A stretch of 62,132 nt of DNA, the filler included. It is 5 parts of 5 records of this genome, joined end to end, with 100 filler letters (N's around TTAATTAATTAA, not from the genome) between each part and the next. Parts side by side here need not be neighbours in the genome. Positions count along the whole stretch, not along the records: positions 50,000 to 55,952 come from DRR723986_3823; positions 56,053 to 62,132 come from DRR723986_4000; 3 more parts are not named here. One strand, given 5' to 3'. The first letter of the stretch is position 1. Each line of letters opens with the position of its first letter. Made by a program: the position numbers and the translations under genes. Of this stretch, positions 50,348-58,946 are shown piece by piece. Under the pieces are notes generated by a model. That model made no database searches and was not told where the DNA came from. It was given only the letters and a program-made list of their open reading frames with translations.

Positions 50348-51277
50348 ATGGCTTACGACACCGCGAACACCTACGAGACCATCGAACTTTTCGGACTGAC
50401 CGAGAAGGACGCACAGCTCCCGATCCCGGAAGATCACGTCCTGACCGAACACATCATCCGCGAAAGCTTCGAGGCTCTCCTCGGTCCGCTGCGTGGGACC
50501 GGGCTCGAAGCGGAAATCGAACCATTGGCCCACGGGTTGGCGACGATCCTGCAGCGGCGCAAGGTGGCGCTTGGCAAGGAGATCGACCGCACCGCCGACA
50601 AAATCGGCGCGCTGGCAAAATCCCACGACGGATCGGAGATCGCCGAGACCGCGCTCGAAGAGGCGCAGGCGCGCTTCCTGCAGCTGCGCGAGATCGTCAG
50701 CGCCATCGAGGTGATGAGCGAGGCGGCGGCGGAATGCTATGAGATCGAGACCGGTCACGCCTTCATCCCGGCCGCCGGGTCGCGCGCAAGCGTCCGGGCG
50801 CAAGAGACCGGGGCGGTCTTCGAGGCGCGGCAGCTGCTGGAGCAGCACGACCGCGAAACCGCCGAGAAGTCGAAAGTCGAGGGGGTGCCCCTGATCGTCT
50901 CGGGCGCCACCGACTGGACCGATGTCGATGTGATCTTCAATACGCTCGACAAGGTTCGCGAACGGATCAAGCAGAACCGCAACCAGGAGATCTTCCTCTG
51001 CCACAAGGGTGGCAAGCACGGGGCGGAGATGATTGCGGCCCGGTGGGCCCGGGCACGCGGGATAGCACAGGCGCGGTTCGATCCGCGCTGGTCCGCGCAT
51101 GGCCGGGCGGCACCGTTCAAGTGCAACGACGAAATGCTGGACGATAAGTTCGCGGCGACGGGGGTTGTTCTCTTCGGCGGCAACGGGGTGGCGCTGAACC
51201 TCGGGCAGAAGGCGGAAGCGAAAGGCCTGACGGTCATGCGGGTTGCGGACCCGGCGAAGAAGACCGCGGAGACGTGA
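50348..51277 (+). CDS. DUF2493/YspA-like SLOG domain protein with N-terminal helical region
   Basis: C-terminal VSG..DW.D..I...LD, H.GG..GAE.IAA.WA, W..HG.AAPF..N..ML pattern; GGAGA RBS. Confidence 0.8.
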   Translation: MAYDTANTYETIELFGLTEKDAQLPIPEDHVLTEHIIRESFEALLGPLRGTGLEAEIEPLAHGLATILQRRKVALGKEIDRTADKIGALAKSHDGSEIAETALEEAQARFLQLREIVSAIEVMSEAAAECYEIETGHAFIPAAGSRASVRAQETGAVFEARQLLEQHDRETAEKSKVEGVPLIVSGATDWTDVDVIFNTLDKVRERIKQNRNQEIFLCHKGGKHGAEMIAARWARARGIAQARFDPRWSAHGRAAPFKCNDEMLDDKFAATGVVLFGGNGVALNLGQKAEAKGLTVMRVADPAKKTAET

Positions 51278-51283
51278 GTTTAG

Positions 51284-51307
51284 AGGGTCGCCTTCGGGCG
51301 GCCCTTT
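51284..51307 (+). terminator. Intrinsic terminator
   Basis: AGGGTCGCC-TTCG-GGCGGCCCT followed by TT. Confidence 0.7.
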
Positions 51308-51509
51308 CGTCGTTTTCCCAGATGTGTGCGAACATCGGCGGTGTCGCAGTTAACTCCAACAATGGGCATCGACAGGCTTGGTGTTTGTAGTCCGGCCAAT
51401 CTGGTTTCGGGAATGGCTGGATGGTATCTCTATGCAATTACAGCTTAGTGTGGCCGTGTGGCAGAAGACATTTGTTCCACAGATCAACACTCGCCCAGGT
51501 TTTTCCTAG

Positions 51510-52586
51510 ATGCCTTTTTCTCCGGAACGCACCAAAGAGATTCAATCGCGTATTGATGCGCGTTTGCGGTCCGGTCAGGCAAACGATTGGGAAGTGTCCT
51601 TCCTTACAAATATGGCTGAACGGTTTCAGCGGTATGGAACGAAGACGCGCCTGAGCAAAGCTCAGTATGCCAGCCTGTACAAAGTCCTGAAACTGGAACG
51701 GGAGAATCCGGCACAGAAAAGGGCAGCGGCCGACGACAGGACTTCTCAACCAGCACCGAAGCATAGTACCAGAAGCGTTCAGGCGAGACCCCGTCCGGTC
51801 TCCGTGACCCGCGCGATCAATGCACCTCGGCGTGCCGTGCGCAAGGCTCAACGCCAAATCATGGTGCCGTTGGTGATCGCTGTCGGATTCTTCGCATTGG
51901 TTGGATCATTGTTTGAATCATCGAACTCGCGATCCACACCCTACAGTCCGTCAGCGGTTCCCTCATCGCAAACTGCCGACGCCGCTTACGTCTATGTGAC
52001 AGGGACGCGTGTCAATCAACGTGCTGGACCGTCTACTTCGAATGCCGTGATGGGTGTCTTGAGCGAGGGGGCCCGCGTTGAAAAGCTTCGAGAAGAAGGG
52101 CAGTGGACACAAATTCGATCCAACTTTGGTACGGGCTGGATGGCTACCCGTTTCCTGTCACTGGTCGCGCCGTCAACAGAGCGACCCGCCTCACAGGACC
52201 GGTCGCTTCGCGCCAGCGATGTGCGGATCATTGACGGTGATACGGTCGATGTTCGAGGCCTAACAGCGAACGTGCGTCTCGTCGGATTTAACGCGCCTGA
52301 GACATGGAAACCCGCCTGCACTGCAGAGCGTGAGGTTGGGGAGCGCGCGACTGCGCGTCTAGGTCAATTAGTGCGGGGCGCGACATCAATTGAATTTGAG
52401 CGCGTGGCCTGTTCCTGCCGGCCCGGGACAGAGGGTACGGATCAGTGCAATTTTGGGCGGTTCTGCGGCTCGTTGTTCGTTGACGGTCGGGACGTCGGCA
52501 GCACGCTCATTGCTGAAGGTCTGGCCGTGCCGTACCGATGTGGACGCACCAGCTGTCCCCCACGCCCTCAACCCTGGTGCCGATAG
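51510..52586 (+). CDS. Membrane-anchored SH3b plus thermonuclease (SNase-like) protein
   Basis: TM helix, VN.R.GPST...G.L..G...W..I....GW SH3b pattern, IIDGDT..VRLVG.NAPE and LI.EGLA nuclease motifs. Confidence 0.82.
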   Translation: MPFSPERTKEIQSRIDARLRSGQANDWEVSFLTNMAERFQRYGTKTRLSKAQYASLYKVLKLERENPAQKRAAADDRTSQPAPKHSTRSVQARPRPVSVTRAINAPRRAVRKAQRQIMVPLVIAVGFFALVGSLFESSNSRSTPYSPSAVPSSQTADAAYVYVTGTRVNQRAGPSTSNAVMGVLSEGARVEKLREEGQWTQIRSNFGTGWMATRFLSLVAPSTERPASQDRSLRASDVRIIDGDTVDVRGLTANVRLVGFNAPETWKPACTAEREVGERATARLGQLVRGATSIEFERVACSCRPGTEGTDQCNFGRFCGSLFVDGRDVGSTLIAEGLAVPYRCGRTSCPPRPQPWCR

Positions 52587-52791
52587 CATACGCGCCCAAC
52601 CGACCCAGACGACGGACCTTCGCGCGCGGCAGAACGCTGACCCGCCGCATCGCGAGCGTGACGGATCGTTATCCAGATGCATTGGATCAGAACGAACCAG
52701 GCCATCTTCGGTCACGATCGACGGGTTCGATGGCGGCTTCAAAGTGGTGGCACAAATTCGGGTCACTCCTTTTTGCTCATTGATGCGGATC

Positions 52792-52910
52792 GCACGGGGT
52801 CGGCCCAATCGTGCCCTCCGCTTCGCTCCGGCAAGCACAAATACGGCTTCCACGGCGTAGCCACGGACCCTCCGCATTTGCGCTTGCGACCGGGCCTCTT
52901 GCCCCCGTGC
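52792..52910. promoter_or_regulatory. Long imperfect fold-back, candidate single-stranded DNA promoter 2
   Basis: GCACGGGG/CCCCGTGC outer stem; 52831-52846 pairs with 52872-52887 (14/16). Confidence 0.6.
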
Positions 52911-52944
52911 CGGGTGATCCCCATCGCAACAAGGAGAGACCCAA

Positions 52945-53151
52945 ATGACTAACCACTACGTCGCCACCGTCCCCGTCAAGTTCACCGACACCGATGGCCA
53001 GGAGCGCACCCGTTTTCAGCGCGTGGGCGCGATGTTCCGCAACACCCGCAACGGGGACGGCTCGGAGTTCTTTAGCCTCAAGCTCGACTTCCCGGTCGCG
53101 GTCTCGGAGCTGGTGATGTTCCCGCCGAGCGCGAAGGATCCGCAGGACTAA
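52945..53151 (+). CDS. Small beta-rich hypothetical plasmid protein
   Basis: 68 aa, strong AAGGAGA RBS, GC3-rich codons. Confidence 0.8.
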   Translation: MTNHYVATVPVKFTDTDGQERTRFQRVGAMFRNTRNGDGSEFFSLKLDFPVAVSELVMFPPSAKDPQD

Positions 53152-53303
53152 ATCCTCTGACGAGGATGGGCCGCCATCAGGCGGCCCTGTCCCTGTTCCA
53201 GGGATGCCGTCACTGGCGCGGGTGATCGCCGACAGTGATCTCCCCTAAGTGCCGGTCGCTGCGCGTTCAACGGACGCACGCCTCCCAGAATGATCAGGCC
53301 GCG

Positions 53304-53429
53304 ACAGACCGGCCAGCCAGCCTCAAGGGGGCCATCCACAAAAACCTATCGGCCAGGGCCTCCCGGTTTTTGCGGCAGAGATTTGGGGGCCCAAATCTGG
53401 CCCTCCTTGACCCTGCCTGTCCGCCCTGT
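53304..53429. promoter_or_regulatory. Long imperfect fold-back 3 next to oriT (candidate ssi/Frpo-like element)
   Basis: TCAAGGGGGCCA/TGGCCCTCCTTGA, CCACAAAAACC/GGTTTTTGCGG (10/11), side hairpin AGATTTGGG/CCCAAATCT. Confidence 0.6.
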
Positions 53430-53674
53430 CGGTGGGGTTTGCGCCCGCCCGCGGTTCCGTCCGAACACATGCGTGTTCGGCCAGAGCCTCGGGCGGTGCT
53501 GGAGAAGGGGCCTTTGAAGCTGGAGGCTGTGCTGGTGGTGAGGGCGGCAGAGCCGCGTCCCTGCGGGCCGCGGCGTGAAGCGGACACCAAGGCTGCCTGA
53601 GCCTGAATGCGACGTAAGTATACAATTGACTGTTTGGTATATTATCGTAAGGTGGGGGCAGCCTTGGTGGAAGT

Positions 53675-53686
53675 TGGCAGGAAATA
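53675..53686 (-). other. Candidate oriT nick site
   Basis: Minus strand TATTTCCTGCCA versus the T-DNA border core TATATCCTG^CCA (11/12); immediately upstream of mobC. Confidence 0.55.
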
Positions 53687-53702
53687 GGGGGTCTTTCTTC
53701 GC

Positions 53703-54296
53703 ATGTCTCGCTCAAAACGCCTCACAGATGCGGACCGCATGGAGATCGTTCGCGAAGCTGCGGAAGGCGTTTCCACTTCAGTGCTGGCGGAACGGTTTGG
53801 CGTGTCGGTGCGGGCGATCCAGTACACGCTCAAAGCCGATGCCGAGCGCCAGACGGATGCCGCAATTCCGGTCTCAGCGGTCAGTGTGAAGGTCACGGCC
53901 GCGGAGCTTGAAGCCCTCGACGAGGTGCTGGCCGAGGCCGGGATCGAGAGCCGGGCCGAGGGGCTGCGGCGGCTCATTCAGGCGGCAGGCGGGGTGTTCG
54001 TTCCAGACGCGCAGATGGCGACCGAGATGGCGCGCTACCGCGCCTCGCTGCACGAGGTCGGCAATGGGGTCGCGCAAATTGCCAAGCAGATGACGCGTGC
54101 CAACCGGATGGGGCAGGGGGCCGTGGGGGACGCGAGTGCCGAGTTCACCGAATTGCGCCTTGCGCAGATGCGCGGGTTGGCGCGGTTCATCCTCGATTCC
54201 GCCGACGAGATCGATCTGCTCCTGCGGCGTCGGCGCGACGCGATGCAGCTCGAGGCCAGTGCCGCGCTAAGGGAGTTTGCCCATGCGGCTGAATGA
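53703..54296 (+). CDS. mobC: Relaxosome accessory protein (HTH plus MobC-like)
   Basis: N-terminal HTH (LAERFGVSVRAI), L..VGN.V.QIAK MobC motif; overlaps the relaxase start. Confidence 0.78.
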   Translation: MSRSKRLTDADRMEIVREAAEGVSTSVLAERFGVSVRAIQYTLKADAERQTDAAIPVSAVSVKVTAAELEALDEVLAEAGIESRAEGLRRLIQAAGGVFVPDAQMATEMARYRASLHEVGNGVAQIAKQMTRANRMGQGAVGDASAEFTELRLAQMRGLARFILDSADEIDLLLRRRRDAMQLEASAALREFAHAAE

Positions 54297-55952
54297 TGCG
54301 GTTGACGCTGTCACAGGCGAGGTCTTCCGGGACGGCTGGAGTCGGATCCGGGGCTCGATGCAGGGGCTGCATGTCGCCAAGCAGAGCCAGCTTGTGCGCG
54401 CGGCAGCCGGGCACCGGCCAGCGGTCTTCAAGGCGATCCGGAGCGGAGGCACGCATACCAAATCGCAGCTCGCAAACCAGCTCGAGTACCTCACCACAAA
54501 GTCCACCCATATCGTGGACTCGAGTGGGTTCCTCGATGGCAAGGCGAAGCTCGAGGCGCGTGACATCAAGGACCTGACCGAGCGCTTTGCCAAACGTTGG
54601 GATGCGGGCTTCAAACCCAAGCTTGGCCAGACGACCCATATGCTCATGTCCTTCCCCATCGGCACGCGGGGCGATGATGTGCGCGACATCGCGACGGATG
54701 TGGCCGAGCGGTTCTTCCAGACGGACGCGGGGCATTTCGACTACATCATCGCGGTGCATGAGGATCGCGATCACCCGCATGCGCATCTGGTGCTGAACCG
54801 CCGCTCGCAGGAAGGCGAGTTCTTCTTTCTGGGGCGCAACCATCGCTTCAACTATGACGATTTCCGCCTCGCCATGGTCGAGGAGGCGGAGAAGTACGGC
54901 GTGCGGCTGGAAGCCACGCGGCGGGTGGAGCGCGGCGTCGTGCATTACCCGGCCCGCACCAGCGAGGTCTATGCGGCGAAAGAAGAGGGGCGCGCACCCC
55001 GCGAGCGGGAACGTGTGGGGACCGACCTGACCCGGACGCTGGCGGAAGTTGCCAACACCAGAACCGTCTACCATTCGCTTGCCGCGGAGGCTTCGCGCGA
55101 GGCCCGCGAGGATATTGCCGCAGCCCTCTTTCGCGCGGGCGAGGTGCTGGCGCATGGCGGGCAGGTGGACCGAACAGGAGATGTGTATATGGCTGAGGAT
55201 CAAAGCTTCGAGGATCTGAGAAGCCTCTATGCGGAAAAGCTCGCGCGGGTGCAGGGCATGATCGCCGAGAAGTCTGACGCGGAACGTCCCGTGCTGGAAA
55301 AACGTCTCATCGAGATCCAGACGCAGGTCCAGCACATGCAGCCCTTGGGGCTGCGCTCGGGTTCGCTGTCAGAGGCGCCCTCGGAGGGCGGGATCTATTC
55401 CGAAGCCAATATTGACGCCAGCCAGCGCGAGCGACTGGCCGAGCCCGACCTGAGATCGCGCATTGACGCGGCCCTGCGGGGCACCGGGATCAGCACATCC
55501 GAAGTGGTGGCCCGGATCGAGACGGGCGCCTCAAATGCAGCGCTCGAGCATCAATGGATCGCCAATGATCTCTCCAAAGTGGCCAAGGCGCGCGATCTGA
55601 ACCTCGAACGCCGCGCCGATCTGGAACAGGCGCGCGACATTCTCAACGATGTGCACGTCGAACTTGGCACGCTCTTGGAGCGGGAGACCGTGCTGCGCCG
55701 GGATGGTGTCATGGAAGCGGAACCGGTCAGCGAGCGGTTCCATTATCATGAGGGCGCGGTGCGGGAGATGGAATGGACCATCCGTCAGGAGATGCGCGCA
55801 GAGGGCCTGACAGCGCAGCAGATCGAGGACCGGGACTGGGAGGTTGTCTCAAGGGCGGAGCGCCGGATCGAGACGGAGCAGCGCGCGTATCTCGAAGCAA
55901 ACCCGGACCTGCTCGCACGCCCTGGCGATGTGATTGACCGGTCTGAGCCCTA
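54283..55952 (+). CDS. VirD2-like MOBP relaxase (3' truncated)
   Basis: Motif I QLEYLTTK, motif II TTHMLMSFPIGT, motif III AVHEDRDHPHAHLVLN. Confidence 0.92.
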
Positions 55953-56052
55953 NNNNNNNNNNNNNNNNNNNNNNNNNNNNNNNNNNNNNNNNNNNNTTAA
56001 TTAATTAANNNNNNNNNNNNNNNNNNNNNNNNNNNNNNNNNNNNNNNNNNNN
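55953..56052. other. Artificial contig linker
   Basis: N44-TTAATTAATTAA-N44. Confidence 0.98.
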
Positions 56053-56053
56053 C

Positions 56054-57733
56054 GACGAGGATCTGGGCGATGGCCGCACCGGTCAGATGCCTGCGGGTTT
56101 CGTGACCATTGTGCCGCTGGCCGATGGGGTCATGCAGTGCGACGCCATGATCGTTGCCGATGTGACCGGCCTGGCCGACGTGTCACCCGAAGACCCGGAA
56201 CCGGAATTCGTCTCGATCAACAGCGAGAACGAGATCGTCGTGACCATGCAGGAAAACAACCACATGGTTGTTCTGAATGCCGCGGGCGAAGTGCTGAACC
56301 ACTTCTCGGCCGGATCCGTGGACCTGATCGGCATCGACGTCGAGGAAGAGCGCGCCTTCGTCTATGACGGTGAGCAGATGGGCCGCCTGCGCGAACCCGA
56401 CGCGGTGACCTGGATCGACGACAGCCACTTCTCCATTGCCAACGAAGGCGACATGGATGGCGGCAGCCGTGGCTGGACGATTTTCCATCAGGATGGGACC
56501 GTTGTTTACGAATCCGGCACCTCGTTCGAAGAGGCGATCATCCAGATCGGCCACTACCCCGAACGCCGGTCCGGCAACAAGGGTGTGGAACCGGAATCGG
56601 TGACCTTCGACGTGTTCGACGGTACGCCCTATGTCTTCGTCGGGTCCGAGCGCGGATCCGTTGTCGGCGTCCATGACGTGACCGATCCGGCAAATCCGGT
56701 TCTGGAGCAGCTTCTGCCCTCGGGCATCGGGCCGGAAGGCTACGTGACCATCCCCGAACGCGGCCTGTTGATCAGTGCCAACGAGGTGGATGGTCTGGAA
56801 GACGGCGCCGCGCGCAGCCATGTCATGATTTATGAATATCAGGACGCTGACGCAGTCTATCCGCATCTGACATCGGAAGGCATGGACGAGCTGACCGGCT
56901 GGGGTGCGATTTCCGGCATGGTCGCAGATCCCGAAACCGGGCTGATCTACGCCGTGAACGACAGCTTCTACGAAATGCAGCCCACGATCTTCGTGATTGA
57001 TCCGTCGCTGGATGGCCCCTCGCGCATCATCGACGCAATCCGTGTGACCCGTGGCGGTCAACCGGCACAGTTGCTGGACATGGAAGGCATCACGCTGGAC
57101 GGCGAGGGTGGCTTCTGGATCGCCTCCGAAGGGCGCACCGACCGTCTGGTGCCGCATGCGCTGTATCATGTCGGCGCCGATGGCGAGATCGGGGACTACG
57201 TGCCGCTGCCGGTTGAACTGCTGGCTGTGGAACGTCGGTTCGGCTTCGAAGGAATCACCATGGTCGGCGATACCCTGTGGATGGCGGTGCAGCGTGAATG
57301 GGCCGACGATCCTGGCCACCATGTCAAGCTGGTGGCCTACAACACCGATACCGAGGAATGGGGCGCGGTGCTGTATGAAACCACGACGCCGGACACCGGC
57401 TGGGTCGGTCTTTCTGAAATCGTGGCCCATGGTGACTATGTCTACCTGATCGAACGTGACAACCAGATCGGGTCGGCCGCAGTAACCAAGCTGATCACCC
57501 GCGTGGCATTGGCCGATATGGTGCCTGCCCCGCTGGGCGGCGACCTGCCGGTGGTTGACCACGAGGTGGTTCTGGACCTGATCCCCTATCTGACCTCGAC
57601 TGGCGGTTATGTGCTGGACAAGGTTGAAGGGCTGGCGATCATGGCCGATGGCACGATGTGGGTGTCGACCGACAATGACGGTGTCGACGACCATTCCGGC
57701 GAGACCATGTTCTTCGCAATCCCGCCGATGTAA
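56054..57733 (+). CDS. Alkaline phosphatase-like / phytase-like esterase beta-propeller protein (5' truncated)
   Basis: PEPE, REPD, ANEGD, RS.NKG.EPE and GPEG repeats, then D.EGI, GFEG, LSE, K.EGL and DNDG phytase-like motifs; frame open to the contig start. Confidence 0.8.
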   Translation, partial: DEDLGDGRTGQMPAGFVTIVPLADGVMQCDAMIVADVTGLADVSPEDPEPEFVSINSENEIVVTMQENNHMVVLNAAGEVLNHFSAGSVDLIGIDVEEERAFVYDGEQMGRLREPDAVTWIDDSHFSIANEGDMDGGSRGWTIFHQDGTVVYESGTSFEEAIIQIGHYPERRSGNKGVEPESVTFDVFDGTPYVFVGSERGSVVGVHDVTDPANPVLEQLLPSGIGPEGYVTIPERGLLISANEVDGLEDGAARSHVMIYEYQDADAVYPHLTSEGMDELTGWGAISGMVADPETGLIYAVNDSFYEMQPTIFVIDPSLDGPSRIIDAIRVTRGGQPAQLLDMEGITLDGEGGFWIASEGRTDRLVPHALYHVGADGEIGDYVPLPVELLAVERRFGFEGITMVGDTLWMAVQREWADDPGHHVKLVAYNTDTEEWGAVLYETTTPDTGWVGLSEIVAHGDYVYLIERDNQIGSAAVTKLITRVALADMVPAPLGGDLPVVDHEVVLDLIPYLTSTGGYVLDKVEGLAIMADGTMWVSTDNDGVDDHSGETMFFAIPPM

Positions 57734-57752
57734 GTTGATTTGAGCAGTTGTG

Positions 57753-57784
57753 GCCCCCGGCGGAGCGATCCGGCGGGGGCTTTT
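57753..57784 (+). terminator. Intrinsic terminator
   Basis: GCCCCCG..CGGA-GCGA-TCCG..CGGGGGC followed by TTTT. Confidence 0.75.
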
Positions 57785-57895
57785 CATATGTAGGCCTGGT
57801 CATGCATCCACGCATGGTTCAATTGCATATTCTCTCAATTCACGCATGGGTTCCGTTGGTCTATCCCCGCCGCAACAGCGATGAAGGAGATTGAG

Positions 57896-58894
57896 ATGAA
57901 AGCGATGATGTACCAACGGTATGGTGGCCCCGAGGTGGTGGAACCCTGCGACTTGCCCATGCCCGAGGCGGCGGATGGCGAAGTTCTGGTGCGCGTGGGC
58001 GCGGCAGGGATCACGACTGCGGACTGGCGGTTGCGGGCCTCGGCCTTTCCCGGGGGGCTGTGGCTGCCGGGGCGTCTGATGACGGGGCTTTTTCGCCCGC
58101 GCAAACCGGTTCTTGGTGGCGACTTTGCCGGCGTGGTTGAGGCCGTGGGCGAGGGTGTGACGCGTTTCAAGCCGGGGGACCGGGTGTTCGGGTTCAGCAT
58201 GTTTGGCGCACATGCGGAGTATCTGACCATGTCTGCTGAGGGCGCGATTTCCCGCATTCCCGGCGGCGTGTCAGACAAAGAAGCTGCGGCGCTGCCCTTT
58301 GGGGCGCTCTGCGCGCTGGAGTTCCTGCGCGATGTGGCCGATGTGCAGCCGGGCCAACGCGTGCTGGTCGTAGGGGCCTCGGGCGGGGTTGGTGGCTATG
58401 CGGTGCAGATCGCCCGGTGGCTTGGGGCCGAAGTCACGGGCGTGGCCAGCGGCGAGAACCTTTCCTATGTCCGGGCGCTCGGTGCCGAGGAAAGCGTGGA
58501 CTACCGGGCAGAGGACGTCACCATGCGCGATACGATGTTCGATGTGATTTTCGACACGGTCGGCACGATGGATTTTCGGGCCGCCAAACGCATCCTTTCG
58601 CCATACGGTCTTTTTCTGCCACTGAATTTCGGATTGGGCGATGTGCCCCGCGCGCTTTGTTCCGGATTGGGACGCGGTCCCAGGATGAAGTTGCATGTGA
58701 GCGGCGATAGCCGGGACGGGGTGGAGATGCTGACGCGTCTGGTGGTCGAGGGGCATCTGCGCCCTTTGATAGATCGGGTCTATCCGTTTGACCGGATCCG
58801 CGATGGCTATACCCATGTGGAAGGACGGCACCGGCGCGGGGCGGTTATACTGGATATCTCGGGTGAGGAAGACAGCACCCCCATTGCGGTCTGA
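57896..58894 (+). CDS. NAD(P)-dependent MDR-family oxidoreductase (alcohol dehydrogenase/quinone reductase-like)
   Basis: YGGPEV, G.DFAGVV..VG..V..FKPGD.V and GASGGVG motifs; AAGGAGA RBS. Confidence 0.9.
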   Translation: MKAMMYQRYGGPEVVEPCDLPMPEAADGEVLVRVGAAGITTADWRLRASAFPGGLWLPGRLMTGLFRPRKPVLGGDFAGVVEAVGEGVTRFKPGDRVFGFSMFGAHAEYLTMSAEGAISRIPGGVSDKEAAALPFGALCALEFLRDVADVQPGQRVLVVGASGGVGGYAVQIARWLGAEVTGVASGENLSYVRALGAEESVDYRAEDVTMRDTMFDVIFDTVGTMDFRAAKRILSPYGLFLPLNFGLGDVPRALCSGLGRGPRMKLHVSGDSRDGVEMLTRLVVEGHLRPLIDRVYPFDRIRDGYTHVEGRHRRGAVILDISGEEDSTPIAV

Positions 58895-58946
58895 GCGCGG
58901 GAAAGGAACCTGCAAAATCCCTGCAAGGAATTTGGTCCCGCACAGA

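Larger units (their letters stand above)
50000..55952. mobile_element. Fragment of a conjugative/mobilisable plasmid or ICE (oriT, leading region, mob genes)
   Basis: HUH relaxase with mobC, SLOG/DUF2493-like gene, long fold-back intergenic elements. Confidence 0.88.

Noticed and set aside
53235-53715. Several 75-130 aa ORFs between the 68-aa gene and mobC
   Set aside because: Pro/Arg-rich, mutually overlapping, no RBS; the region is better explained by the fold-back and oriT
56183-57787. 534-aa minus-strand ORF
   Set aside because: Antisense to the phytase-like gene, which has clear family motifs
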